Below, one piece after another: positions 20,213-30,537 of a stretch of DNA of 42,190 nucleotides. The DNA is taken from NCBI GenBank assembly GCA_030699545.1, contig JAUYMC010000029.1, positions 1 through 42,190 of the forward strand. Reading direction: 5' to 3'. The position numbers and the translations under genes are program-made. Each line of letters opens with the position of its first letter. Position 1 is the first letter of the stretch. The notes under the pieces were generated by a model. It did not search any database and had not been told where the DNA came from. It saw only the letters and a program-made list of their open reading frames with translations. The DNA is from Gemmatimonadales bacterium (GTDB lineage Bacteria; Gemmatimonadota; Gemmatimonadetes; Gemmatimonadales; GWC2-71-9).

Positions 20213-20491
20213 TCAGTTCTTCGCCGCTTCTCCCACCGCAGCCGGATAGACCGACACCTGCTGCCGCTTCTTGTTCTTGTGCTCGAACTTCACGTGCCCG
20301 TCGACGACCGAGAACAACGAGTCGTTGGAGGCGCGGCGGACGTTCTTGCCGGGATGGAACTTCGTCCCGCGCTGCATCACGATGATGCTGCCGGCGGTGA
20401 CGAACTCGCCCCCGAAGCGCTTGACGCCGAGGTATTTCGGATTGGAGTCGCGCCCGTTGCGCGACGAACCGACGCCCTTCTTGTGAGCCAC
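20213..20491 (-). CDS. rpmA: 50S ribosomal protein L27
   Basis: [24 protein letters not shown]. Confidence 0.98.
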   Translation of the reverse strand: MAHKKGVGSSRNGRDSNPKYLGVKRFGGEFVTAGSIIVMQRGTKFHPGKNVRRASNDSLFSVVDGHVKFEHKNKKRQQVSVYPAAVGEAAKN

Positions 20492-20502
20492 ACCCGCCTC
20501 GC

Positions 20503-20814
20503 TTAGCCGACCTTGACGATCTTGATTTCGGTGAAGTCCTGGCGATGCCCCGCCTTGCGGCGGTATCCGGAGCGGCGCGCGAACCGGAAGATGCGAATCT
20601 TCTTGCCCTTGCCGTGCCGCACGACTTCCGCCGTGACCTTGGCACCCTTCACCATCGGCGTCCCCGTGTGCACCTGCTTGCCGTCGCTCGACAGCAGCAC
20701 CTGGTCGAACGTGACTTCGCTGCCGGGCTGGGCGGCGAGCAGCGGCACTTTGACGGTCACGCCGGGCTCGGCCCGGAACTGCTGGCCGCCGGAGCTGAAA
20801 ATGGCGTAGGACAT
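20503..20814 (-). CDS. rplU: 50S ribosomal protein L21
   Basis: [12 protein letters not shown]...[17 protein letters not shown]...[11 protein letters not shown]; adjacent to rpmA. Confidence 0.97.
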   Translation of the reverse strand: MSYAIFSSGGQQFRAEPGVTVKVPLLAAQPGSEVTFDQVLLSSDGKQVHTGTPMVKGAKVTAEVVRHGKGKKIRIFRFARRSGYRRKAGHRQDFTEIKIVKVG

Positions 20815-20823
20815 AGGGCCGGA

Positions 20824-20852
20824 AGGCTAATCGTGATATGGAGTTCGGTCAA
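20824..20852 (-). promoter_or_regulatory. Sigma70 promoter of rplU-rpmA (near-leaderless)
   Basis: Minus strand TTGACC, 17 bp, TAGCCT, 9 nt, then ATG; no Shine-Dalgarno. Confidence 0.65.
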
Positions 20853-20855
20853 GAG

Positions 20856-20919
20856 GTGCGCGGTGAGCAGTGCGCGGTGAGCGGGACTGCCGGCCCGCGC
20901 ACCGCGTACCGCGCACCGC
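20856..20919. repeat. REP-like GC-rich repeat/hairpin after the rng stop
   Basis: GTGCGCGGTGAGC occurs twice (20856, 20870), followed by complementary heptamers (CGCGCAC/CGCGTAC/CGCGCAC). Confidence 0.5.
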
Positions 20920-22500
20920 TTACGCGACGGCGTACTGTTCAGTGACGTCTCTCCCCGCCGGTCTCGCCATCATCCGGAACTCGTCCAGGCGCATCATCGG
21001 ATCGTCCCGCACCTCGAGCTCGAGACCCGTCTGCTTCTCCAGCTGCCGCAGGAAGTTGGGCTCCTGCTCGACCAGGTACAGGGCGACTTCGGGGTGCAGG
21101 CGGACGGACAGCTGGCGCTCCTTATGGTCCGCCCCCGCCCGCTTGAGCGACCGCTCCATCCGCCGCACGACGACTTCGGGCCGGAATACCCGCCCGGTGC
21201 CCGTGCACGTGGGGCACTCCGCCGTCATCGATTGCCAGAGCGACGGGCGCACCCGCTGGCGGGTCATCTCGATGAGCCCCAGCTCCGACACGGCAAACGC
21301 GCGCGTGCGCGCCCGGTCGTGGCCCAAATGGGTCCGCAGCTCCTGGAGCACTTTGTCGCGGTTCGAGCGCGTCTCCATGTCGATGAAGTCCACCACGATG
21401 ATGCCGCCGACGTCGCGCAGCCGCAACTGCCGCGCCACTTCCCGCGCGGCCTCCATGTTGGTCCGGAGGATCGTGCTTTCGGGGTCTCTCTTGCCGGTAT
21501 AGCGGCCCGTATTCACGTCGATCGAGATCAACGCCTCGGTCGGCTGAATGATGAGATAGCCCCCCGTGGGGAGCTCGACGCGCTGCTTGAAGAGATTCCG
21601 GATCTCCGCTTCGATGTCGTACTCATCGAACAGGGCCGTCTCGGCCTGATAGAGCTTGACCTTGGGCAGCAGCTCGGGGTCGATCTGCTTCAAGTACTGC
21701 TCGATCTCGTTGTACAGGAGCTTGGAGTCGACCAGCAGCAGATCGACCTTGTCGCTGAGCAGGTCGCGGACGATACCGCGCGTGAGGCTCGTCTCCCGCT
21801 GCACCAGTGCCGGCGCCCGGCCCGACTGCGCTTTCCGCTTGATCTTCTTCCACAGGCCCAGCAGGTGGTCGATCTCGCGCTTGCAGCTCGCTTCGGTGAG
21901 GTCGTCGGCGACCGTCCGGATGATCCACCCGCCGGAGTCGGCCGGCACGAGCTTCGACACCATCTCGCGCAGCTTCGCCCGCTGATCGCGCGCTTCGATC
22001 TTGCGCGACACGCCCACCTTGGAGGCGAACGGCATGTAGACGAGAAACCGGCCGGCGAGGGACACCTGGGCCGTGACGCGGGGCCCTTTGGTGCCGATGG
22101 CCTCTTTGATGACCTGAACGAGTTTGGTCTGCCCGCGCTTCAGCTCGTCGGCGATATTGGGCGTCGGCCGCCGGCGGCCCCCCCCGCCTCCTCCCTCTCC
22201 TGCGGGGCGGCTCTGGGGTTGGCCTTCGTCGTCATCGTCATCGGCGCCGTCTTCCGGCGCGTCCTCCTCATCCGACTCGATCAGGTCCGAGGCGTGGAGG
22301 AAGGCGCTCTTTTCGGCGCCGATCTCGATGAAGGCGGCCTGGATGCCCGGCAACACCGCTTCGACTTTGCCGAGGTAGATGTCGCCCACCGAACGGCGGG
22401 CTTCGGGACGGTCGACCAGGAGCTCAACAAGACGGTCGTCCTCGAGGATGGCCGCGCGGGTTTCGCGCGGACTTCCGCTGATGAGAATCTCGCGCTTCAA
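20920..22500 (-). CDS. rng: Ribonuclease E/G family
   Basis: GDIYLGKVEAVLPGIQAAF, QVIKEAIGTKGPRVT, IDVNTG, LRLRDVGGIIVVDFIDM, CPTCTGTG. Probable TTG start at 22500 behind AAGGA. Confidence 0.93.
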   Translation of the reverse strand: MKREILISGSPRETRAAILEDDRLVELLVDRPEARRSVGDIYLGKVEAVLPGIQAAFIEIGAEKSAFLHASDLIESDEEDAPEDGADDDDDEGQPQSRPAGEGGGGGGRRRPTPNIADELKRGQTKLVQVIKEAIGTKGPRVTAQVSLAGRFLVYMPFASKVGVSRKIEARDQRAKLREMVSKLVPADSGGWIIRTVADDLTEASCKREIDHLLGLWKKIKRKAQSGRAPALVQRETSLTRGIVRDLLSDKVDLLLVDSKLLYNEIEQYLKQIDPELLPKVKLYQAETALFDEYDIEAEIRNLFKQRVELPTGGYLIIQPTEALISIDVNTGRYTGKRDPESTILRTNMEAAREVARQLRLRDVGGIIVVDFIDMETRSNRDKVLQELRTHLGHDRARTRAFAVSELGLIEMTRQRVRPSLWQSMTAECPTCTGTGRVFRPEVVVRRMERSLKRAGADHKERQLSVRLHPEVALYLVEQEPNFLRQLEKQTGLELEVRDDPMMRLDEFRMMARPAGRDVTEQYAVA

Positions 22501-22655
22501 AGCTCGTATCCTTCGGGAGCCTGTGGTGATCCCAGCAATAGTCGAACTCGCCCACACTGCGTAGAGGGGGCGGAGAAATGAATCGATTGGAAAGGCGGCG
22601 GAGAGGCGCCAACGCCCAATGCATGCGGCTAAGGTAAGAGGCGCCCCGAAGGGCG

Positions 22656-23876
22656 TCAATCAATCAGGCCCCCGAGCAGCTGCCGGGCGATGACCATCCG
22701 CTGGATTTCGCTGGTCCCTTCACCGATTTCGCAGATCTTCGCATCCCGCATCATCCGCTCGACGGGATACTCGGTCGTGTAGCCGTAGCCGCCGTGCAGC
22801 TGCACCGCTTTGGTCGTGGCCCGCATGCACAGCTCCGACGCGTACAGCTTGGCCATCGCCGCTTCCTTCTTGAACGGGTGCCCATGCTGTTTGAGCCACG
22901 CCGCGTGATAGACGAGCTGGCTGGCGGCCTCGATCTCGGTGGCCATGTCGGCGAGCGCGAAGTGAACGCCCTGGAAGCTCGCGACCGGCCGCCCGAACTG
23001 TTTCCGGGCGCTCGTATACGCGAGGGACTCCTCCAGCGCCCCCTCGGCGAGACCGAGGGACAAGGCGGCAATGCCGATGCGGCCGCCGTCGAGCGTGTGC
23101 AGGAATTGCCGGAATCCGTTGTTCAGTGGTCCCAGGACATTCTCTTTGGGAACGACGGCGTCCTGAAAGATCAGCTCGCGCGTGTCGGAGGCGCGCCAGC
23201 CGAGCTTGTCCTCCTTCTTCCCGGCGAGCACGCCGCGCATCTTGGGCAGGCCCTCGTCATGGCCGATCCCCACCCGCCGGGTGTCCTCGAGATCGCAGGT
23301 GTCCTTCGTGACGATGAACGCGCTGATGCCGTGCGTGCGCTTCGCCGCCGGGTCGGTCCGCGCGGTCACACAGAAAATCTCCCCCACGCCCGCGTGCGTG
23401 ATGAAGATCTTGGAGCCGTTGAGCACATAGTGATCGCCGCGATCGACGGCCGTCGTCTTGGTGCCGCCGGCGTCCGAGCCCGCGCCGGGCTCCGTGAGGC
23501 CGAAGCCGCCGAGGACGTTGCCGGTCGCGAGCAGCGGCACGTAGCGCCGTTTCTGGTCGTCCGTCCCGAAATCCACGATCGGCGACGTGCCGAGCGTGGT
23601 ATGGGCGCTGATCGTGATGGCGTGGCTCGCGTCCACTTTCGCCATCTCGTGGATGACGATGATGTAGGAGAGGTAGTCCATCCCGGAGCCGCCGAGCGCT
23701 TCCGGCCAGGGAATGCCGAACAAGCCGAGGTCGGCCATCTGCCTGACGTTGTCCCAGGGGAAGCGGCTCTCGAGATCGTATTGGCGGGCGGTGGGTTTCA
23801 CGACGGTGCGGGCGAAATCCCGGACCATCTCGCGGACCTGGAGGTGATGGTCGGAGAAGTAGAGGCTATCGTGCAT
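22656..23876 (-). CDS. Acyl-CoA dehydrogenase
   Basis: [57 protein letters not shown]. Start at MHDSLYF (23876) or 23891. Confidence 0.95.
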   Translation of the reverse strand: MHDSLYFSDHHLQVREMVRDFARTVVKPTARQYDLESRFPWDNVRQMADLGLFGIPWPEALGGSGMDYLSYIIVIHEMAKVDASHAITISAHTTLGTSPIVDFGTDDQKRRYVPLLATGNVLGGFGLTEPGAGSDAGGTKTTAVDRGDHYVLNGSKIFITHAGVGEIFCVTARTDPAAKRTHGISAFIVTKDTCDLEDTRRVGIGHDEGLPKMRGVLAGKKEDKLGWRASDTRELIFQDAVVPKENVLGPLNNGFRQFLHTLDGGRIGIAALSLGLAEGALEESLAYTSARKQFGRPVASFQGVHFALADMATEIEAASQLVYHAAWLKQHGHPFKKEAAMAKLYASELCMRATTKAVQLHGGYGYTTEYPVERMMRDAKICEIGEGTSEIQRMVIARQLLGGLID

Positions 23877-24159
23877 CAGAAGAATATCCACAGACGTCGC
23901 ACCCCGAACAACCGGTGCTGTTTTCCCCGAAGTACTGGAGCATCATGCGCCGCCGGCAGCGCCGCGACTCCACGTAGCGGCGCATCGCGAGGCTCGCATC
24001 CCCCCCGCCCCAGGCGAAATCGTCCGGTTGCCACAACACGAGACACTCCGCGGCCTGCCCGTCACGACCCGCGCGGCCCGCTTCCTGGTAATACGCTTCG
24101 AGGGTCTGAGGCGGACCCCAATGGAGCACGCGCCGGACGTCCGGCTTGTCGATGCCCAT
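23866..24159 (-). pseudogene. recQ: 3' fragment of a RecQ-family helicase gene, cut at motif V (GMGIDK) by the island
   Basis: MGIDKPDVRRVLH...PQTLEAYYQEAGRAGRDG...[12 protein letters not shown]...CSGCDVC. Similarity stops abruptly where ATxAFG is expected upstream of MGID. Confidence 0.88.
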
Positions 24160-24171
24160 TGCACGGCGCGC

Positions 24172-24297
24172 GCTCAAAACGCGCATCCTGCACGCCCTAG
24201 CCAACTTCCGCGCGCAGGATGCGCGACCCCTCCCGGCCCTCATTCGTGCTCAAAATGCAGGATGCGCGGGAGAAGTTGACACAGTTGTTTACACACC
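24172..24297. repeat. Junction repeats (candidate recombinase binding sites)
   Basis: CGCGCATCCTGC at 24180 with inverted copies GCAGGATGCGCG at 24214 and 24257; GCTCAAAA at 24172 and 24248; TTGACACA/TTTACACA pair near 24276-24295. Confidence 0.6.
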
Positions 24298-24301
24298 CCG
24301 C

Positions 24302-24700
24302 ATGCCCAGACAGTGGGCCCCGCGCGTGCTGCTCACGCTGCTGATGGTCGGGGCGCTCGCGTGTGACCTGCGCAGCGCTTCGTCGGCGTGGCCTGGCGAG
24401 TTGTTCGCGCCGCCGGCCGCGTCGCGCGAGTGGTGCGACGTAACTGTGGCCTGCGCCGGCGTCCCGGTCTCCAGGTTCGATCGCGTCGCGTGGACGTCGT
24501 CCCTGACGGAGCCCTGGGCCCGCAGGTGCTCGGCCGTTGGGAGCCGCCGCACGACATCTACGTCGCGGCGTGGGTGGTCGAGGTCGAGGTCGAGCTCGAG
24601 GCGACGATCCGCCACGAGATGTTGCACGATCTTCTCCAGGTCGGCGGTGACGAGCGCCGCCATCCGCGGCGTTCGCCGCCTGCGGGCTGTGACGCAGCCG
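24302..24700 (+). pseudogene. Frameshifted lipoprotein with an HExxH zinc-protease-like motif
   Basis: One frame gives MPRQW...LMVGALAC (lipobox)...FDRVAW. After a shift near 24490 another frame continues VVPDGALG...GRWEPPHDIYV...IRHEMLHDLL. The end is approximate. Confidence 0.5.
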
Positions 24701-25192
24701 CGCTCCGTGAGCCCGGTGCGCGCCAATCGAGCCGCAGCTCCGCCGAGCTTCACGGCGTACGCGGACACGGCCGATCCGGAGACCGTCGGCCGCAACCTGG
24801 TGCGCTCACTCGCCGCGATCCTCTGCCGGTGCGGTTCGGGCGGTCGCACGGCCCGGCTCTGGGACGGCTTCTCTGCGTCTGGGTGCAGCGCGCCCCGTAC
24901 GGTGACCGCCGGCCGACGCAGGCGGAGTACGACGAGGTCGGACGGCTCCTCAAGCAGCTCGACCAAGTCGCGGCCGGGCGGCTCCCGCGTTCGTTTCACG
25001 CCGGGAGGTGACGGACTGCGAGTAGCGAGACCACGCGAGCGGAGATCCTGACCGTCGAGCCCCTGGGGCCCGGTCGGTTCCGTGCCACGGGCGGCCACGA
25101 GTCCCACGTCGTCGATCTCACGGCCGTGACCGCCTTCTGCGACTGGCCGGACCTCGCCGTCGATCGCCAACTGGCCGAGCAGGAGTAGACAA

Positions 25193-26065
25193 TCACGTAC
25201 TCGGATCGGGCTTTGACGGCTCTCCCGTGAGCTCGCGTAGGCTACGCCGCTTCACCTTTGTGGGCCCCGTTGAAGGGTCAAGCGTAGCGGTCTCAGGTTG
25301 TTGGCCCGCCTCGCGCAGAAGATCCAGCAGCCCGCCGCGCGCGCCAGGTGACGGCACGGCGGAGGTACTCGGCACCGGCACAAGGCCGATCTTCTTCAGG
25401 GCCTCATCAAGGGCCGTGTAGTTTGGAGCCACGCCGAGCACGGAAGCCATCGTGTTGAGATCCCGAACGCCGACTCGCTGGAGATCCCGAACGATGGTGA
25501 GAACCTCGTCGATCTTGTCGTCGCGACTCCGCTGCGGTTTAGGAGGTGCGGCAACAGGGATCTTCAACGCGTCAGCCAGTTTGCTCTCGAGCTCGGGCCA
25601 TACGCGCCCGAATGAGCGCTGCAGCCGCGTCTCGCTCAGGCGGCGATCGGCATCGAGCAGCCCGTTGATTGTCTGCAGGACGCGCCAAGTATCATCCTTT
25701 TCGGCTTTGGCGGCCTGCAACTGTGCTAGTGGAGCTTTTAGGTCCGCAGGGGTGAGATCGAGCAGGTAGGGGCATGCAAGACGTTCGCTGGTACTCATGG
25801 CGAGCGCTCCAGCCTCAAATAAAACCCATGGTTCGCCAGCGTTCTCCGGCGTCACGCATAGAAGCCCGTAATTCGCGGACTTCAGGTTTGCCCCGATCGT
25901 CGCAAACCACTGCGCACCTCGCTCCATCTCCTCGGAGATCCAAGGTTCGACGGCGTGCAAGGCATCAGGAAGCCACTCGGCGAACGCTGTCGCCACTGCC
26001 CGGCTGCGCTGGCCGGACCAACCGATAAACACCTTCACTGATGCCGGCACGGTTGCCGCCGTCAT
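25193..26065 (-). CDS. TIR-domain protein
   Basis: KVFIGWSG.RS...LPDALHAVEPWISEEMERGAQW...GLLCVTPEN...PWVLFEAGAL (WxxxE catalytic Glu)...PLAQLQA. ATG at 26065. Confidence 0.88.
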   Translation of the reverse strand: MTAATVPASVKVFIGWSGQRSRAVATAFAEWLPDALHAVEPWISEEMERGAQWFATIGANLKSANYGLLCVTPENAGEPWVLFEAGALAMSTSERLACPYLLDLTPADLKAPLAQLQAAKAEKDDTWRVLQTINGLLDADRRLSETRLQRSFGRVWPELESKLADALKIPVAAPPKPQRSRDDKIDEVLTIVRDLQRVGVRDLNTMASVLGVAPNYTALDEALKKIGLVPVPSTSAVPSPGARGGLLDLLREAGQQPETATLDPSTGPTKVKRRSLRELTGEPSKPDPST

Positions 26066-26283
26066 GCGCGCCGCGGCGCCGACAGCGCTAGCGCCGAGCG
26101 GTGACATTCCACGCAGTGCGCGGCGAACCGGTCGAGCGAGCCCAGCGTGACGATGAGCTGCGACCCGTCGCGGGGGCAGCGCAGATCCTCGAGCCCGCGC
26201 GCGAGGGCCTGCTCGACGATCACCCGGCATTCGTCGTTGTCGAACGGGGGGACGTTGGCCGTGTTGAAGGTCTGTCGATCCAT
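26062..26283 (-). CDS. Small zinc-ribbon-like protein coupled to the TIR gene
   Basis: GGAGA Shine-Dalgarno and ATG 26283; MDRQTFN...CPRDG...HCVECH; its stop overlaps the TIR start (ATGA). Confidence 0.55.
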   Translation of the reverse strand: MDRQTFNTANVPPFDNDECRVIVEQALARGLEDLRCPRDGSQLIVTLGSLDRFAAHCVECHRSALALSAPRRA

Positions 26284-26856
26284 GGCGGTTCTCCGAAAGG
26301 AGCGGCGACCGGGGTCCGAGATGGGCATCAGCGGCAATGCTATGCCAGGCTCCGGAAGGGGGCAAGCAGCGACAGACCCCCTACCTCATGCATTACCTGG
26401 TCGCTGCCTTGTCGCTCTGCCTGATGGTTGTTGGTGGTGGCGCGCTGCGGCCGAGCGCCGCGCGCGGGGGCACGAGAACGCTGCACCACCCCTCTGGCTC
26501 CATCGTTCTCTCTGAGATCCCGGAGACCGCTCCGGCTCGCCGGTCGGCGCCAGCCGACCGTGAGGTACGGCTTCCGCTGGCGGGTTGGGTGCGGGCCAGC
26601 CACACCCATCTTTCGGAAGGCAGTGCCGTGAACAGTGCCAACGCCCCCGGTGCTGGCTGGCGCTGGTAGGCGTGAGTTGTTTTGACGTGAGGAACAAGCA
26701 ACGCAGAAGGGGACGGGTCTCGGGGCGCAGCCGGGGGACACTCGACGGAGAACGCTCAGTCCTGCTGCTGTTTCTAAGGGCTAGGGAATTAGGAATCCTC
26801 TGCTCGCGCTGATGCTGCTTCCGTTCGCCCCCCGACTACCGCCGACGTCAACAGTA

Positions 26857-29800
26857 CTAAGCCGCGCCTTGATAACGGCCGTCTGGATTCTGCTGCGCTT
26901 CGCCCATGACCTGCAGAATGTCTAAGTGCCGTCGGACTATATCGATCTTCGCTCCGCTGAACCGAGAGGCGACCTCCTCAGCGGTGAGCGCCTCTGCCGA
27001 CAGCAACTGTTTGATGGCGCCGATCTGACTGATAACATCGGTGGGCCAGACAGGCCGCTTCGTCCTCTTGGGAGTTGCTGGCGCGCCTTCAGTGAGACCG
27101 AGGCTGGGAGGGGCCACAGCGAGAGCCTTTCCGAAGAGGGGGATCTGGAAGTCGGGGCGCAACCAGCGCACCCTGCCGCTTTGTTCCTCCTTCAGACGCT
27201 CGTCGTGCAGCGCGACGAGCCGCTCAAGCATAACTTCGCCTTCGATCGGCCACGTCCAACCATAGGCGTTCGCGACCAGCGCGTCGAGGTCTTCGTGCAG
27301 ATCCTTCAGGATCCCGCAAGCCGCGATCTCGTGGATCTTGCGCTCCATGGGCGTCAGCGGTTCGCCGCTCTTCAGTTTTTCGACGACGTTGTACATGCGC
27401 GTCATCGTGACAGCGCGGTCGCGCTCGATGGCTGCCCTGCGATGGGCATCTAGTTTTTCGGCCACCTTGCCGATCTTTTCGCGCAGATCGGACGGAGGGT
27501 CCGGCAAAGGAAAGGGGTCGAAGCATACCGACTTGTTGTATCGGGGGCGGTCCTCAAGCGTACCACCCGCAGCAAGCGCCCAAGACACGTGAATGGAGGA
27601 GCTGAGGACGCCTAGATGCCAAGCATCCGCTGACGCGATTGCGATCAGCATGTTGTCAGGAGCGACTCTCTCATCAAGAAATACAAAGAACCGATGTTTC
27701 GCCGTCTCGGGTGTAGCGATGTACCTCGGGAGCCCGTGAAGCGCTGTTCTGAGCTCCTTTCTCGGCCAGCCGAATCGCCACCAGAACTCACGGATTGTAT
27801 CACGCCGATTCGCGTCTCGATCCGGCTTCACTCGCGCGCGGACAATGTCGAAAAGAACCGGATACTGTCGGGCCTCGTCCTCGGTCATGTACCCGAAATC
27901 GATTACATAGGCGTTTCGGGGACGTGCTGCCAAGTCCTTTCCGTTTCTGTACGGGCGTAGCACCCACGAGGTCCGCGGCTGTTCGGCGAGCAATGCCTGG
28001 GCGGCCTGCTCTTCGACGATGAAGCCTGGACCGTACAGCGCGAATCCCATTGAAGAGATGCCCTCGTTAGCCAGGAGCGGCGTGCCGGCAGTCGAGGCCA
28101 CATTGGCGTGCGCGCTGAAGTCAGGGTTCAAAGCCTTCACGGCAGCAGTCCTGACGATCTCTCCGCTGTCAGACACTTCCACGAGCAGCGCGCTCGGAGG
28201 GTTGAGTGCCATGACCGTCATGGCTACCCGCACGGCAGCTCCATCCACTTCGTCCACCCACGGATGGTCAGGCACGGCCCAAGATGGCCTCGCACCCTTC
28301 GCAAATGCGGCCTCTACTACGGGCCGCTGGTGGACTTGTGTGATCGAGTTCGTAGTGATGAGGCCAGCCCGCAGCGCGGATCCGGTTGCGACAAGGTCCG
28401 CAGCTCGGTCCCACCAGTACAGCACGTAGTCCGTACGCTCGGCTAGGTGATCGAAAGTTGCCCTTAAAGCGTCAACATACCCATCACCAAGAGCATCTCG
28501 CATCCGCTTCGACCCGAGGTAAGGCGGATTCCCGAAGATGAAGTCGGCCGTGGGCCACGTCGCCGGGCGCGGGTTCACGTACTCCATGTACTTCACGATT
28601 GCGGCGGGATCAGGCACCAGCTCGCCTGTCACAGGGTGCTTGATCCGAGGGGTGGGATCGAGGCGATCACGGCTTGGATCGTGTCGGATCTCATCCCACA
28701 CCAGAATCGCGTCTCGACATTCGATCGTCCCGGTGTCCTCGAGGATGGGCTCCTGTGGGCGATGTGCGTGATGGGCGCGCCAGAACTGGTGATACCCGAT
28801 CCATAGCACCAGCTCTGCGATCTCCCTTGCCCACAGCTTGATCTCGATCCCGAAGAACTGCTTCGGGTGCACCTCGTCGAATAGGATTTCGTGCTTGCCG
28901 GTCACCTCCTCCAGCTCGCGCAGCACCTCCAGCTCAACTCGTTTAACGATGTGCAGAGTGACGTAAAGAAAGTTGCCGGACCCGCAGGCCGGATCCAGGA
29001 ACCGCAGCCCCTTTAACCAGTGGTGGAAGGCACGCAGCCGCTTCTCAGCGTCCTTTTTCTTTCCCGCTTCTCGCAACTGAAGCACCGCTGCCTGCTCTGC
29101 CTTCCATCGCTCACGAACCGGCTCTTCCACGGTGGGGCGTACCACGCGCTCGACGAACTCGCGCGGCGTGAACTCGGCGCCCAACCGATGGCGTTCCTCG
29201 GGGTCGAGCGCCCGCGTGAGCAGCGTACCGAAGATTGCCGGTTCGACATCCTGCCAGTCGGCCTCTCCCGCCAGGCGCAGAATGAGGATCGCTTGCTTCG
29301 TGAGGGGAAGGGCCTCGGAGTCCCGAAAGAAGTGGCCGTTGAAGCGCGGCAGCTTCTTGAACACGAACTTGTCCCCGATGTCCATTGCCTTCCAAAGCGC
29401 GGCAGCCTGCTCGGGGAACGCGGTCGGGTCGTCCGTGCAACGCTCGAGAACTTGGCGGAAGGGCTCGTCCGGCAACAGGCCGATGTCCTCTGCGAAGATG
29501 GTGAACACACACCGCATGATGAAGCGCGCGACACGCTTTTGCTCATGGCCCTGGTCCTCGAGCGTCCGCGCGAGGTTAGCCAGGTGCCCTGCGACATCCT
29601 TGGTGACCGCTTCCGCACGAGCGCGCGGGTCGAGCGAGGATGGATCAGTCCAGATGGCGCGTAGGAACGCGGCGTCGTCCGGCCGTTGGTGCAGGAGCGT
29701 CAAATCGATGCGGCGGCCGGCCTGCCAATCGCCGTAGTTGCCATCCCAGCGATCCCAGACGATGAGTGTCCGGGCCACATGCATGACCATTACAAAAGGA

Positions 29801-30132
29801 GGCATCCCTCCGGGTGCGTAGGTGACATAGTTCCGCACCTGCCCGAAGGCTCGTCGCAACAATAGATCGCTCGACCGTCCGCTTTCCTCGTCCTTCGCCT
29901 CGATCGCGAAGTAGTCGCGGCGGTAGCAGTCGATATAGTTAGGGACCTCGTCGCCAGCCTTCGTAACAACCCTGATTGCGAGTTCGAACTGGTACCCCCC
30001 GCCGGCCGGTCCCGGACGCGCAACGTCGAGCGCATCGCAGAGTTCAATGAGGTAGGACTGGAAGTTGGCACGTTCGGCGGCCCGAGCATCGGCCCACCGC
30101 TCAGCCAGCGCGCGAAGTGGCTCGGCAGACAT
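26857..30132 (-). CDS. MmeI-like type IIL/IIG restriction-modification fusion (endonuclease + N6-adenine MTase + TRD)
   Basis: IDCYRRDYFAIEAK nuclease motif, VEPAIFGTL, FTPREFV, FLDPACGSGNFL, GNPPYLG, TAKHRFFVFL, PRYNKSVCFDPFP. Confidence 0.92.
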   Translation of the reverse strand: MSAEPLRALAERWADARAAERANFQSYLIELCDALDVARPGPAGGGYQFELAIRVVTKAGDEVPNYIDCYRRDYFAIEAKDEESGRSSDLLLRRAFGQVRNYVTYAPGGMPPFVMVMHVARTLIVWDRWDGNYGDWQAGRRIDLTLLHQRPDDAAFLRAIWTDPSSLDPRARAEAVTKDVAGHLANLARTLEDQGHEQKRVARFIMRCVFTIFAEDIGLLPDEPFRQVLERCTDDPTAFPEQAAALWKAMDIGDKFVFKKLPRFNGHFFRDSEALPLTKQAILILRLAGEADWQDVEPAIFGTLLTRALDPEERHRLGAEFTPREFVERVVRPTVEEPVRERWKAEQAAVLQLREAGKKKDAEKRLRAFHHWLKGLRFLDPACGSGNFLYVTLHIVKRVELEVLRELEEVTGKHEILFDEVHPKQFFGIEIKLWAREIAELVLWIGYHQFWRAHHAHRPQEPILEDTGTIECRDAILVWDEIRHDPSRDRLDPTPRIKHPVTGELVPDPAAIVKYMEYVNPRPATWPTADFIFGNPPYLGSKRMRDALGDGYVDALRATFDHLAERTDYVLYWWDRAADLVATGSALRAGLITTNSITQVHQRPVVEAAFAKGARPSWAVPDHPWVDEVDGAAVRVAMTVMALNPPSALLVEVSDSGEIVRTAAVKALNPDFSAHANVASTAGTPLLANEGISSMGFALYGPGFIVEEQAAQALLAEQPRTSWVLRPYRNGKDLAARPRNAYVIDFGYMTEDEARQYPVLFDIVRARVKPDRDANRRDTIREFWWRFGWPRKELRTALHGLPRYIATPETAKHRFFVFLDERVAPDNMLIAIASADAWHLGVLSSSIHVSWALAAGGTLEDRPRYNKSVCFDPFPLPDPPSDLREKIGKVAEKLDAHRRAAIERDRAVTMTRMYNVVEKLKSGEPLTPMERKIHEIAACGILKDLHEDLDALVANAYGWTWPIEGEVMLERLVALHDERLKEEQSGRVRWLRPDFQIPLFGKALAVAPPSLGLTEGAPATPKRTKRPVWPTDVISQIGAIKQLLSAEALTAEEVASRFSGAKIDIVRRHLDILQVMGEAQQNPDGRYQGAA

Positions 30133-30537
30133 GGCTGACGAATATGGAGTGGGAAGAACGGACGGGCTACGAGCGCTTCACGGTGGTCAGAGCCCTCCGA
30201 TTGGAGATGAGTAACTGCAGGGAGTTACGGCTTGATCCCGCAGGCTGAATGGAGATTGACGCGCGGTTGACCCTATCGCCTCAACGTCGGTGAGTGCTCC
30301 TATCGCTGATTCCGCTCGATCACGCGCTTCCAGCCGTCCAAGCGTACCTCGCGAGCCGCGACGTGCCGCCACCTCACTAGCGGTCTTGGTTTTGCACGAG
30401 TTTTTCCTGCGGATCGAATGAACTGAATCGCTTCTGCCTGTGGTCGCTGACTCGCCCTTGCGATATCTGGATCAGTTGATCCGGCGAGCACCACCACCAG
30501 ATAGGATCCTAGAGCGCGAAAAGATTCCCTTTGGCAT

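Noticed and set aside
26321-26329. ATGGGCATC as a second copy of the recQ att core
   Set aside because: Only 9 bp, in the opposite orientation, with no 5' recQ sequence beside it; likely chance.
26337-26812. Small ORFs between the TIR module and the MmeI-like gene
   Set aside because: Several conflicting frames with no motif support.
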